Assembly (NCBI GenBank): GCA_965222375.1
Contig: CBDCTZ010000016.1
Location: forward strand, 1,056,001 to 1,120,000
Reading direction: 5' to 3'
Length of the DNA: 64,000 bases
Source of the DNA: Polyangiaceae bacterium
GTDB lineage: Bacteria; Myxococcota_A; Polyangia; Polyangiales; Polyangiaceae
In this document: piece by piece, positions 1-9,686 of the stretch
Numbering within the stretch: the first letter of the stretch is position 1
Layout of the letters: every line of letters starts with the position of its first letter
Made by a program: the position numbers and the translations under genes
The notes under the pieces: generated by a model
Databases searched by the model: none
What the model was told of the DNA's origin: nothing
What the model saw: only the letters and a program-made list of their open reading frames with translations

Positions 1-173
1 AGCAGCGCTGCTCCTGTGGGCGCAAGAAGTTGGTCGCACAGGGTGGCTCTGGCGGAGGTTGCCCTCCGGGTGGACCCTGCGGTGAAGGCGGGCTCTACAC
101 CGTGAGTCAGTGCGTCAACGTATGCGGTGGCACTGCCGATACCCAGGCCGGCGTGTGCTGGCTGTCATGCTGA
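1..173 (+). CDS. 3' end of a Cys-rich hypothetical protein (partial)
   Basis: Frame from nt 3 reads QRCSCGRKKLVAQGGSGGGCPPGGPCGEGG...GVCWLSC to TGA at 171-173; typical myxobacterial Cys/Gly-rich tail. Confidence 0.55.
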   Translation, partial: QRCSCGRKKLVAQGGSGGGCPPGGPCGEGGLYTVSQCVNVCGGTADTQAGVCWLSC

Positions 174-361
174 TGCCGGGCGCTCTGCAACTACCATATC
201 CTCGGACAACTCGATGAAGGCGCGCGCCGAAGGCGGCGCCTCGAAGAGGTAGGCAAGGCTGCCACTAGGCAAGGTTGCCTACCTCGGGTCATCGGATGGC
301 GAGCCAGTGCTTTCGACAATTGGTGTTTGGTCTGCCGAGCTGCTCGAAAACGACGGCGCGA

Positions 362-390
362 TTGACCGAATATGTACGCAGTCATAGACT
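362..390 (+). promoter_or_regulatory. sigma70-type promoter of the vapBC pair (probably leaderless)
   Basis: TTGACC-17 bp-TAGACT, ending 7 nt before ATG 398. Confidence 0.65.
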
Positions 391-397
391 TCAACAA

Positions 398-646
398 ATG
401 AAAGCACTCACAATCCGCAATGTGGACAAGGCTTTGGCCCAGGCGTTGGAGCGTGAGCGACGTCAGCGAGACACCTCGCTCAACGAGACGGTGCTCAATC
501 TGTTGCGGCGTGCACTTGGGGTGTCGGCTGAGCCGCGTAGCAATGGGTTATGCAAGTTCGCGGGGACTTGGTCGCAGGCGGAGTTCGAACGGTTTGAGGA
601 CGACACGGCGGTCTTCGAGCAGATCGACGAAGAGCTTTGGTCGTGA
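398..646 (+). CDS. Antitoxin, VapB/FitA-like ribbon-helix-helix
   Basis: MKALTIRNVD N-terminal RHH strand; C-terminal 'AGTWSQAEFERF...IDEELW'; GTGA overlap with the PIN toxin. Confidence 0.8.
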   Translation: MKALTIRNVDKALAQALERERRQRDTSLNETVLNLLRRALGVSAEPRSNGLCKFAGTWSQAEFERFEDDTAVFEQIDEELWS

Positions 647-1041
647 AGCTCTGCCTCGACACGTCAGCGTACAGTCGGTTCAAGCGCGGGGAGCTTCAGG
701 TGGTGGAGGTCCTCGACTCCGCGACCTGGGTTGGTGTTCCCGCGATCGTGTTGGGGGAGCTTCGAGCGGGCTTTGCGCTGGGGCGCAAAGCGAAGGAAAA
801 CGAGCGACAGCTCGCGGCCTTTCTTCGGCACCCGGTCGTCGAGGTTCTCGACGTGGACGACGCCGCGACTCGCGTCTACGCCGACATCGTGGTGGCGCTG
901 CGAAAGGCGGGGACGCCTCTGCCCGCGAACGACATTTGGATCGCCGCGGTGGCTGGCAGCGTCGGCGCGAGCGTGCTCACCTTTGATGCGCACTTCACGG
1001 CGATCACGCGCGTGGGCGCAGTCATTCTGAACCCGGGTTGA
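643..1041 (+). CDS. vapC: PIN-domain toxin VapC
   Basis: LDTSAY, GEL, NDIWIAA and LTFDAHF PIN motifs. Confidence 0.9.
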   Translation: MKLCLDTSAYSRFKRGELQVVEVLDSATWVGVPAIVLGELRAGFALGRKAKENERQLAAFLRHPVVEVLDVDDAATRVYADIVVALRKAGTPLPANDIWIAAVAGSVGASVLTFDAHFTAITRVGAVILNPG

Positions 1042-1257
1042 GTTCTTCGTGAGGTTCGTCGCGACAGGGCGCACTGCCCCCACGTGCGCTTCCCCGAGAG
1101 TAGAGGACCATGGCCGCCGGTGATGCCCCGTCGGGTATTACCCCTTCGGGTATCGCGAAGCGCGTCACAAGCGCGTCGACCCACGCCAAACATTTGACGA
1201 CTGTGCGCGATCTTCGGCCGCCGCTGCAACGATCCGCCGGTATGATAGCCTAGGTAC

Positions 1258-1491
1258 ATGAACGATGATGCCGTCGCGAGGCGTCGCGCCCGCGGCAATT
1301 GGACGATTCGCCGTGTCTCCCTGGGTGACCGGAGCGCGGATGCTAGCGACATTATCGTCGGCGCGAGCCCGTCAGAATTGGTGGCCATGGTGCACCAGCT
1401 CACCCTCGACGCATGGTCAATGGCAGGCCGAGAGCTGCCCGACTACCCGCGCAGCCAAGCGGCGGGTCGTGTCGTTCGCCCCGAGAAATGA
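1258..1491 (+). CDS. Small hypothetical protein coupled to a nucleotidyltransferase
   Basis: 77-aa ORF with ATGA overlap into the next gene; TAGCCT 6 nt upstream of the ATG. Confidence 0.65.
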   Translation: MNDDAVARRRARGNWTIRRVSLGDRSADASDIIVGASPSELVAMVHQLTLDAWSMAGRELPDYPRSQAAGRVVRPEK

Positions 1492-1955
1492 GCCGCGCGG
1501 AACTCAACGAGGACTTCCGCGACATGCTCGCGGCGCTTGCGGATGCAAATGTCGAGTTTCTGGTCGTTGGTGCCCATGCTCTGGCAGCGCATGGCTTGCC
1601 GCGAGCCACTGGCGACTTCGACATCCTGGTGCGACCGTCGAAAGCGAACAGCCAGCGTTTGATGCGCGCTCTGGAGATCTTCGGCGCGCCCACGGACGCG
1701 CATGGGATTTCGTCGGCGGACTTTGAAGTCCCCGACGTCGTCTACCAGATTGGCCTTCCACCGCGACGTATCGACCTTCTGACTTCCATCAGCGGCGTGA
1801 CCTTCGACGATGCATGGGCGACACGATTGCGGGTTGAGGTTCAGGGCCAATCGTTCTCCGTCCTGGGGAGGGATGCGCTGATCGCCAACAAGCGCGCCGC
1901 CGGCAGGGACAAGGATCTGCTCGACGTGAAAGCGCTCGAGGGTTCTGTCAAGTAG
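1488..1955 (+). CDS. Minimal nucleotidyltransferase (Pol-beta superfamily, DUF6036-like)
   Basis: VVGAHALAAHG-PRATGDFDI and K.AAGR.KD..D motifs. Confidence 0.8.
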   Translation: MSRAELNEDFRDMLAALADANVEFLVVGAHALAAHGLPRATGDFDILVRPSKANSQRLMRALEIFGAPTDAHGISSADFEVPDVVYQIGLPPRRIDLLTSISGVTFDDAWATRLRVEVQGQSFSVLGRDALIANKRAAGRDKDLLDVKALEGSVK

Positions 1956-1959
1956 CGCG

Positions 1960-3443
1960 CTACTTGCCCTTGCACTCTGGGTAGGCTTTTTCCCAGCGCT
2001 GGGTGTAGCCGGGCTCCTGGAGCGCCTTGAGGTTGCGGCCGCGGCGCTTGATGCTCTCGCGGGCGAGCTTCTTGCCCTCGGCGCACTTGCCGGCTTTGGC
2101 GAGGCACTCGCCGGCGTTGCCGATGGCGGTCCAGGCTCCTTTGAGCGTGCGGTCACGGTCCAAGCGGGCCGTCATGTCCTGCTTGCCTGACTTCTTGGGG
2201 GCCTTGTCCAATTCGGCCATGAGTCGCTTGGCGATGCTGGCGCATTGTCCGGGCTGCTTCTTGGTCCAGGCGAAGTACATGTCGCGGGAAAGGCGATCGA
2301 TGCGGTCCCAGGCGCTCAGCTGATCTACGGGGCAGAAGTTCTTGGCGCTGGTGTTGACCATGTCGTCGTAGAGCTTCGCACTCAGGCCGGGGCTCTGAGC
2401 CTGGCGTGATTTGCGTAGGTGCAGCTTGCCGCTCTTGCAGTCGCCGGTGAGCATTTCGCATGTGGCGCGGAGCCACAGTAGCGCTTTGGGATTGGTGGAG
2501 ATGCGGGTGGGATCGGGATCGATCTTGTCCGCTTCGTTCAAGTCCGCAAGGCAGCCTGCGCCGTCCTTCAGCTGGGCCTTCTCTTGCGCCGAGTTGCGCA
2601 GCTTGCCCGCCTGCATCATCGGCGTGCCGTCCAGATCGAGCTCCTTGTTGGCAGGTGGGCCTGCGCCTCGTCGCACCGGGCCCTGGCCGTCTTTGATCGC
2701 GACGAGCGCCAAGCGGATCGGCACTTTGCATTTGTCGCTCTCCGCGGCGGTGGTGCCGGTGCAAGCTTTCAGCTCGCCTGCGCGCTTGGCGGTTTTGGTG
2801 GAACGGCGGCTTTCGCCACCCACGCCGACGCCTTGCACGTTGGCGCCCGCGGCATCTCGCGCAGCCTCCGACGCGTTGATGCAAAGGCGCCCAGGTTGTA
2901 CGCCTTGACGAAGTGGGTCGCTTCGGTGCAGCCCGGATTGTCTTTGAGAGCGCCGCGGTACATCGAGCCGCGAGTCGCCGTTGCCACGCCGCTCACGTAG
3001 TACTCGATGTCCAGGCTGACGCCGCGCTCGACTTCACCGCCAAAGGTGGCGACGCCCAGGGGCAGCTTGGCGTAGAGCTCGGCGCTGTCGGCGATGCTGA
3101 TCTTCTCGACGGCGCCACTGGTCCAGCTGGGCGGGCCGTAGCTGCCATAGCGCCCGGGCACGGAGTCGTCGGAGCACGAGTCGATGACGCGCAGCTCGCA
3201 GCCCTCGTAGCGCACGAACACGATGTCGCGAGCCGCGCGGTTTTCGAAGGTCGCAATGTCCGTGGCGTCCCACTCCACGATGAAGGGCCGATCGTGGGCG
3301 TCGGCCTGGCATTTGTTCTTGCCGGCGAAGGTCGAATCCATGGCGTCCTGTTTCGTCGGCATCCGCGGCGCTCCACCACAGCCGCTCAAGGCGAGCGCAA
3401 CAAAGCCCAAGGTCACAGCACCCACCAACGCGCGTCGACGCAT
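1960..3443 (-). pseudogene. Lipoprotein gene split by a 1-nt frameshift near 2881 (pseudogene or sequencing error)
   Basis: The N-half (lipobox LSGC) reads to ...YNLGAF; the coding-like continuation INASEAARDAAGANVQGVGVGG... is in another frame that runs to the stop at 1960. Confidence 0.7.
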
Positions 3444-3494
3444 GCCGCGAGAATTAGCACCAAATCGACGCGCGGTCAGTCGCACCAAATACGC

Positions 3495-3762
3495 ACGGAT
3501 CAAGTAGTTCAGCGCCAGCGCGCGGAATTGCAAAACGAGCCCGCGCCTTTCTCAAAGCCGCACAACTGGCGCACGGCCCGCCAGCGCACCATGTCCGCAC
3601 TGATCAAGTAATTCAGCGCTGCCTCGCGGAATCGCAGAACCGGCCCGCGCACCATGTCCGCACTGATCAAGTAGTTCAGCGCTACCCCGCGAAAACGCAG
3701 AACTGGCCCGCACCAATTCCGCACTGATCAAGTAATTCAGCGCTACCCAGCGAAATCGCAAG
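3495..3762. repeat. Degenerate ~62-bp repeat, 4 copies, core GATCAAGTA(A/G)TTCAGCGC
   Basis: Cores at 3498, 3602, 3665 and 3726, each followed by a ...CG(G/A)AA(T/A)(C/T)GCA... segment. Confidence 0.85.
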
Positions 3763-3764
3763 GC

Positions 3765-5336
3765 CTACGGACAGAGCCGTGCGTGGCGCAGGAGATCCGA
3801 CACGCTGCCCCCGGAAAACACGGTCTTGGCGTAGGCCAAATGCAGTGCACCGTCCGGCGCGAGCGCTGCCGACGTCGATGCGCCGACGCTGCCCTGAGTG
3901 TCGATGCTGGAGACCGCCCAGCTGCTGCCCTTGGGCAAGACGGCGTACTTGAGATCGCTGCCATTCGACGTGTAGTAGCCGATGTGGATGGCGCCGTTCG
4001 GATCGACCACGAGGGGTGCGTAGCGACCGGTGGAAGAGCTGGAGGCGTCGACGGTCTTGTGCGACCAGGTGCCGTTCGGTGCGCGATAGGAGTACTTGAG
4101 TCCGAAGTTGTGCCGCGCGATGTGCACGCCGCCGGACGCGTCGACACCGATGCTCGTATACTCACCGTCGGTGCCGGGGGCCGGTGGGGTGGTGGTCGAG
4201 TACGCCGTGACGAGCTGGGTCGTGAAGCTGCCGCCCTTGGGGCGACGGGCGTAGCGCAGATCCTTGTGGGTCACATCGCGATAGGCGATGTGCACGGTGC
4301 CGGTGGCGCCGACCGCGATTGAAGTGTGCTCACCGACGTCACCCGCCGTGTCGATGGGGGTGAACTTCCAACTGCCGCCTTTTGGACGCTCCGCGAGCTT
4401 CAAGTCGCCATTGTCGATGTCGTGGTAGCTGATGAACACGCCTCCGGCCGCGTCCAGGGCTAGCGCGGTGTCGCTGCCTACGGTGCCCGCTGAGTCTACG
4501 GTTTCGATGTTCCAAGCCTGGCCCTTGGGCCGCCGTGCATATCGCAGATCGCCGCGAGATGCGTCGAAGTAGGACACGTGCAAGTTGCCGCTGCCATCGA
4601 CTGTTAGGGATGCATCGGCGCCGACGGTGCCGACTTGCGTTCCGATGGGCGTTTGCACATCGCCGCTGTCGATGAGGGTCGAGCTCCAACTCTTGCCGTT
4701 CGCGCTTTCGACCAAGCGCAGATCGGATTTGCTCTTGGTGGCGTGAGCGATGTAGATGGCGCCACTGCCATCGACGGCGATGGAGGTGTGTAGGCCCGTG
4801 CCGGTGATGGTCTCGAACTTGTCGTTGCAGGCAGGGGCGCCACCGCTTCCGGAGCTGCCGCCGGTACTCGTGCTTCCACCAGTACTCGTTGTGCCGCCAG
4901 TACTCGTCGTTCCGCCGGTGCTCGTTGTCCCGCCGGTACTGGTGCTTCCACCAGTACTCGTTGTGCCGCCAGTACTCGTGCTTCCTCCCGTACTGGCTGC
5001 CCCGCCGGACCCGACGCTTCCGCCGGTGCTCGTTGCTCCGCCGGACCCACTGCTGCCCGACGTTCCGCCTGACGACGTGCTGCCCGCGGTGCCTCCCGAG
5101 CTGCTGCCCGCTGTTCCGGACGTTCCGCCCGACGACGTGCTGCCCGCTGCGCCTCCCGAGCTGCCGCCCGACGTGCCCGCGAATCCACCGCCGTTCCCGG
5201 TTCCTGCGGCTCCAGCGCGCGCACCGGTGCCGGCGTCGGTCGCGCCGGTGCCGCCCGTGCCCAACCCCGACGAGTCATCCCCGCCGCAGCCAACCGTCAC
5301 CAGGGTTCCAAGAAAAAGCAGGGATTTGTAGCGCAC
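3765..5336 (-). CDS. Lipoprotein with a Gly/Ser/Thr linker and a probable beta-propeller domain
   Basis: GAGGAG RBS and GTG start; lipobox TVGC; (GGTTST)n linker; repeated blades 'SIAVD..G..HIAY.D....DLRYA....W....VD'. Confidence 0.8.
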   Translation of the reverse strand: MRYKSLLFLGTLVTVGCGGDDSSGLGTGGTGATDAGTGARAGAAGTGNGGGFAGTSGGSSGGAAGSTSSGGTSGTAGSSSGGTAGSTSSGGTSGSSGSGGATSTGGSVGSGGAASTGGSTSTGGTTSTGGSTSTGGTTSTGGTTSTGGTTSTGGSTSTGGSSGSGGAPACNDKFETITGTGLHTSIAVDGSGAIYIAHATKSKSDLRLVESANGKSWSSTLIDSGDVQTPIGTQVGTVGADASLTVDGSGNLHVSYFDASRGDLRYARRPKGQAWNIETVDSAGTVGSDTALALDAAGGVFISYHDIDNGDLKLAERPKGGSWKFTPIDTAGDVGEHTSIAVGATGTVHIAYRDVTHKDLRYARRPKGGSFTTQLVTAYSTTTPPAPGTDGEYTSIGVDASGGVHIARHNFGLKYSYRAPNGTWSHKTVDASSSSTGRYAPLVVDPNGAIHIGYYTSNGSDLKYAVLPKGSSWAVSSIDTQGSVGASTSAALAPDGALHLAYAKTVFSGGSVSDLLRHARLCP

Positions 5337-5424
5337 GAAGATGCTCCTCTCCCTACCCAGAGGCCCTACGGCCACCGAGTTTGCAGAAAAAGTCCACCTT
5401 GGCGACCTGGTTCCACACAGCTCA

Positions 5425-5620
5425 GCCCGCACCCAATTCAGCGCCACCCCGCGCAATCGCAACACCAGCCCGCACCGGTCTCAACGCGGCACAGCTAGCG
5501 CACAGCGCGCAATCGCACCAACTCCGCCCTAACCAAGTAATTCAACGCCGCCCCGCGGAATCGCAGAACAGCCCGCGCGGATCAAGCAATTCAGCGCCAC
5601 TCCGCGCAATCACAGAACAA
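5425..5620. repeat. Three more degenerate copies of the 3.5-kb repeat family
   Basis: AATTCAGCGCCAC, CAAGTAATTCAACGCC and GATCAAGCAATTCAGCGCC cores, each followed by AATC(G/A)CA. Confidence 0.75.
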
Positions 5621-6886
5621 TCAATCCGCGGGATAGAAGATCTCGAGGGCGCCCTGCTTGCCCTTCACCTCCTCGGGCGGGGCGGCTTCGAAAGAAGTCG
5701 GCTCGGCGAGCCGCTCGAGGGTGGCGCGGGAAACGAGCAGTGGTTTACCCACCTTCTTAGTCAACCCTTCGATGCGTGAGGCGGTGTTCACGGTGTCACC
5801 AATCACTGTGTACTCGCGTCGTCGCGGGGAGCCGACATCGCCCACGATGGCGTCGCCGCTGTGGATACCGATGCCGATGGCCAAGGGTGGCTCTCCCCGC
5901 GACTCGCGAGCGGCGTTGAGCGCTTTGAGGTCCGTGAGCATGTGCTGGGCGCAATCCACGGCCCGTTGCGCATGCTGGGGATCCTCGAGGGGCGCGCCGA
6001 AGTAAGCCAAGATGCCGTCGCCGAGGAACTTGTCCAAGGTGCCACCGTGCTCGAAGACGATGTCGACCATGCGGGTGAGGTACTCGTTGAGCCAGCGCAC
6101 GAGGAGCTCGGCGTCCAGCTTCGTCGACATGGCAGTGAAGCCACGAATGTCCGAAACCAACACGGTGATGTTGCGGCGCTCGCTGGTGGGTCCCGGGCTG
6201 CCTGCGGCCTGAATGCGAGCGGCGACGGCTGGCGCAAAGTAACGCTCGAAACGACTGCGGGCGGCTCGATTGGCCGAAACGCTCTCCACCAAGCGAGTGA
6301 CCCGTGCAATGCCCGCAAGGCTGACCCACAGGGTCATGCTCAGCACGATGAACGCTACGCCACGCACCCCAGACTTGTCGAGCCCGGCCGCATACAGCAA
6401 CCAAGTCTCCAATACGATGGCGACACAAGCTGTGGCCACGACGGCTCGGCGATCGAGCGACAGCAACGAAAGCGCCACGAAGAGCACATGCACGCCGAGG
6501 GTGGCGACCGAGGCCGACGCCTTGTCTGCGAGCTCGGGCATGCTGTTCACGGTGTTCAGCATGACGAAGTGCACCGCTGGCACGTCCACAAAAGGGATCG
6601 CGAAGTAGCCAGTGCGGTTCAGCCGAGGAAAGCGCCGGGTCACGAAGGCCAGGACCACGGAATAGGCGAGCAAACCGAGGATACCCGGCAGCTGAGCGCG
6701 CCAACCCGAGTACTTGAAGGCGAGGCTCATGACCAACGCAAGACCAAGCCAGGCCAAGATCAATGCGACGCGCACCCATACGGTTCGAGCGACGAAGCGC
6801 TCGCGCTCCCGGTCGAGCTCGTAGGCGAAACTGCGCTCGGCCAGCGCTGCGCCTTGGGAGACGATCGGTGCCCGAGCCGCAGCCAT
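5621..6886 (-). CDS. Membrane-anchored class III adenylate cyclase
   Basis: About 6 TM helices, then [30 protein letters not shown] and VKGK motifs; K/T specificity residues suggest ATP. Confidence 0.9.
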   Translation of the reverse strand: MAAARAPIVSQGAALAERSFAYELDRERERFVARTVWVRVALILAWLGLALVMSLAFKYSGWRAQLPGILGLLAYSVVLAFVTRRFPRLNRTGYFAIPFVDVPAVHFVMLNTVNSMPELADKASASVATLGVHVLFVALSLLSLDRRAVVATACVAIVLETWLLYAAGLDKSGVRGVAFIVLSMTLWVSLAGIARVTRLVESVSANRAARSRFERYFAPAVAARIQAAGSPGPTSERRNITVLVSDIRGFTAMSTKLDAELLVRWLNEYLTRMVDIVFEHGGTLDKFLGDGILAYFGAPLEDPQHAQRAVDCAQHMLTDLKALNAARESRGEPPLAIGIGIHSGDAIVGDVGSPRRREYTVIGDTVNTASRIEGLTKKVGKPLLVSRATLERLAEPTSFEAAPPEEVKGKQGALEIFYPAD

Positions 6887-7172
6887 CCGGCACGCACTCT
6901 AGCCCACCGCGGTCGGAGCCGCGACTGGGCTCAAACCTGCGGACTCGCCGGATAGCCTCCCGAATCGCAGACCCAACGTCCAAGAGTGTCTGTGTCGAAG
7001 TTGAGCTCGGCCTGGATGCCCTCGACTCCCCCTGACATTGGCGTCAGGACGTGAATGAACGACTGGTCTCGGTTGTGACCGCATGGTCACGCCGTTTTCG
7101 CGTCCCCGCGCCTTTGCTCAAAAACCCCGCAATTACTGCAGTTGCACCTACATCGGCTCCTTGACGCGCCCC

Positions 7173-7188
7173 CGGCACGCCAAGTGCA
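7173..7188 (+). promoter_or_regulatory. Candidate sigma54 (-24/-12) promoter
   Basis: CGGCACGCCAAGTGCA: GG-N10-GC with GGCACG, about 30 nt upstream of ATG 7217. Confidence 0.45.
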
Positions 7189-7216
7189 CTTGAAGGTTCT
7201 CGGAGGTTCGGAAATC

Positions 7217-8056
7217 ATGAAACTACGCCATCTCTTGCCCGCTTTCGTTCTGCCTGTGGCCTTGGCCGCCTGCCCCAACAACAAGAAGGATGAGGACCGC
7301 CTGACCCTGGGGGAAGCAGCCGAAGCGGTCACCGAGATAAGCTTCGCGTCCCAGGCCGAAAACCTGACCTCCGCGAGCGTCGAAATCAGCACGAACTTCA
7401 CCATCGGCCAGGCCGTCGAGAATGCGGCGCAGGAGATCAAGACCTTCGTCGCCTCCCAGCTACCCTGCGCCCAGATCACCCTGGAAAAGGCCAAGCTGAC
7501 CATCGTCTACGGCGCCCTGCCCGGCAACTGCACCTACAAGGGGCACAAGTTCGAAGGTTCCCACTCGGTTTCGGTCAAGGCCAACGACGACGCTCAGGTG
7601 CTAGTGCACCACGAGTGGACGGCGTTTTCGAACGGCAAGGTGACCGTCGACGGCACTGCGGACGTGACCTGGGATCTGTCGGAAAAGAGCCGCCGCGTCG
7701 AGCACACGGCCACTTGGACCCGCAATTCGGATCAGTACATGGTGACCGGCAGCGGTGACCGCACCCAGTCCTTGCTCGAAGGTGGTCTCTTGGAAGGCAT
7801 CCAGGTCGACGGCTCCCGCAACTGGAAGACTCCGCGCGGCGAGTGGGATCTCGCCATCGACAAGGTTCAGATGCGCTGGATCGATCCGGTTCCGCAGTCG
7901 GGCAGCTACAAGCTCGTGACGCCGAAGGGCCAGTTCCTCTCGCTTTCCTTCGACCGCGTGGACGAGGACACCATCAAGGTGACCGTCGCCAGCAAGAATG
8001 GAAGCTTCACCTTCAACGTGAACAAGATCGGATCGGTGAACAATACCGACGGTTGA
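7217..8056 (+). CDS. Hypothetical lipoprotein, beta-rich
   Basis: GGAGG RBS; lipobox LAAC; strong GC3 codon bias. Confidence 0.8.
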   Translation: MKLRHLLPAFVLPVALAACPNNKKDEDRLTLGEAAEAVTEISFASQAENLTSASVEISTNFTIGQAVENAAQEIKTFVASQLPCAQITLEKAKLTIVYGALPGNCTYKGHKFEGSHSVSVKANDDAQVLVHHEWTAFSNGKVTVDGTADVTWDLSEKSRRVEHTATWTRNSDQYMVTGSGDRTQSLLEGGLLEGIQVDGSRNWKTPRGEWDLAIDKVQMRWIDPVPQSGSYKLVTPKGQFLSLSFDRVDEDTIKVTVASKNGSFTFNVNKIGSVNNTDG

Positions 8057-8196
8057 TGGGCTGGGTTTGGGGTCGAGCGCTGTGGCGTCCCTGGATCCCT
8101 AATCCCTCGCCGCAGCACGCTGCCCGCCCCACCACGAACTTCGTGTGTGGGGCTTGGCGTTCTGGTCGGCTTCCCGACCGGCACCCGCGCGCCTCC

Positions 8197-8650
8197 TCCC
8201 ACGCGTCCGATTCAGAGTTGCACCGGCAACTCTGAAATGTCGCCCCCGGCCCGCTTCCCACGTGTCCGATTCAGAGTTGCACCGGCAACCCTGAAATGTC
8301 GCCCCCGGCCCGCTTCCCACGTGTCCGATTCAGAGTTGCACCGGCAACTCTGAAATGTCGCCCCCGGCCCGCTTCCCACGTGTCCGATTCAAAGTTGCAC
8401 CGGCAACTCTGAAACGTCGCCCCCGACCCTCCTCTCACGTGTCCGATTCAGAGTTGCACCGGCAACTCTGAAATGTCGCCTCCGACCCTCCTCCCACATG
8501 TCCGATTCAGAGTTGCACCGGCAACTCTGAAACGTCGCCTCCGACCCGTCTCCCACGTGTCCAATTCAGAGTTGCACCGGCAACTCTGAAACGTCGCCTC
8601 CGACCCTCCTCCCACGCGTTCAATTCAGGGTTGCACCCGCAGCTCTGACA
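8197..8650. repeat. Tandem array of 8 x ~59-bp palindromic units
   Basis: Unit CACGTGTCCGATTCAGAGTTGCACCGGCAACTCTGAAATGTCGCC...; contains the 11-bp inverted repeat TTCAGAGTTGC/GCAACTCTGAA. Confidence 0.95.
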
Positions 8651-8727
8651 GGGCCGCCCTGAAATCCCTGGGCATGGCTGGCTGCTCCTCGCCCGATGGG
8701 CACCTTTCGGCTAGGCTCGCCGCCGTC

Positions 8728-9543
8728 ATGCTTCGCCGCTCCGGGCTCGCACTCACTTTGCTGCTCTGCGCTCCGCCGGCGGCTGCCGACGGGGAGCGAA
8801 AAACGGGCGGGCAGCCCCGGGGCCCCGATCCCCGCCAATTGACCGATCCGGTGCTCGGCCCCTACGTCCGTCCGCCCTACCAGGGCGACGGGGACGACGG
8901 CGATCGGCCAGGGTACGAGGTCGAGGACGAACCCGGGCCCCGCCATCACGGCGGATTCTATCTGCGGCTCGCTGGCGGCATCGGTTTCGCCTCGGACGGC
9001 ATTGAGTCTCAAGGCAAGGAGTTCAAGAACATCGAGACGGGAGACCCCACGAGCTTCGATGCTCGCGCGTCGGGTTTCGCTTTTGCCACGGAGCTGGCGG
9101 TTGGTTTCTCGCCTTTTGCGGGGTTCGCCATCACTGCGGGGGCCTATACCGCCACGATGCCGTCGTCTTCTTCGTCGGGCAACGATGTTGGTCGAGGCGA
9201 CTACGAGTTTGAATTGACGCAGTTGGCCCTGTTCGCGCCCGGCGTGGACTACTACATCTTCCCGACTGGCGGGCTGCACTTTCAGGCAGGGTTCGGCTTG
9301 GCCACCGTGGTCATGGGCCAGGCATTGCCCAAAGAGAGCGGGGACGATGCGCGGGCGCACACCGCGGTTGGGCCCGGCTTCGTCGTCGGCGTCGGGCATG
9401 ATTGGTTCGTAGGGGACGAATGGAGCTTGGGTCTCTCAGGACGCTTCATATACGCCTGGACCAGTGGCTCGGATCCCGAAGGGGTCGAGTGGAAGCACAA
9501 GTCCTACGCCCCCACGCTGATGATGACCGCCACCTATCACTGA
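8728..9543 (+). CDS. Outer-membrane beta-barrel protein
   Basis: Signal peptide, 'RHHGGFYLRL' start of the barrel, alternating amphipathic strands, C-terminal TYH. Confidence 0.75.
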   Translation: MLRRSGLALTLLLCAPPAAADGERKTGGQPRGPDPRQLTDPVLGPYVRPPYQGDGDDGDRPGYEVEDEPGPRHHGGFYLRLAGGIGFASDGIESQGKEFKNIETGDPTSFDARASGFAFATELAVGFSPFAGFAITAGAYTATMPSSSSSGNDVGRGDYEFELTQLALFAPGVDYYIFPTGGLHFQAGFGLATVVMGQALPKESGDDARAHTAVGPGFVVGVGHDWFVGDEWSLGLSGRFIYAWTSGSDPEGVEWKHKSYAPTLMMTATYH

Positions 9544-9585
9544 CACCGTGGCGACCCGCCGCCACAGCAGCACGTCGCGCTTGAT

Positions 9586-9665
9586 GGGAGGCAAACAGGA
9601 AGGATGGAAGGTCGGGAAGGGTTTTTGGGTCTGTTCGGATCCGTGGCTCCAAGCAGAGGAACCTG
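9586..9665. repeat. Dispersed purine-rich repeat, homologous to 18046-18128 in reverse orientation
   Basis: AACAGGAAGGATGGAAGGTCGGGAAGG...TTTGGGTCTGTTCGGATC...GGAACC matches the reverse complement of 18046-18128. Confidence 0.75.
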
Positions 9666-9686
9666 GCCTCGACTGGACCACCGCAC

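Noticed and set aside
3509..3761. Short 'ALNYLI'-repeat ORFs
   Set aside because: Translations of the non-coding repeat; the unit spacing (104, 63, 61 nt) does not preserve frame.
4850..5200. Tandem DNA repeats in 3765-5336 (and the 18-bp repeats near 59250-59330)
   Set aside because: In-frame coding repeats for flexible GGTTST and PSSPNL linkers, common in myxobacterial proteins.
8197..8650. CRISPR array
   Set aside because: The sequences between palindromes are near-identical rather than unique spacers, and no cas genes are present.
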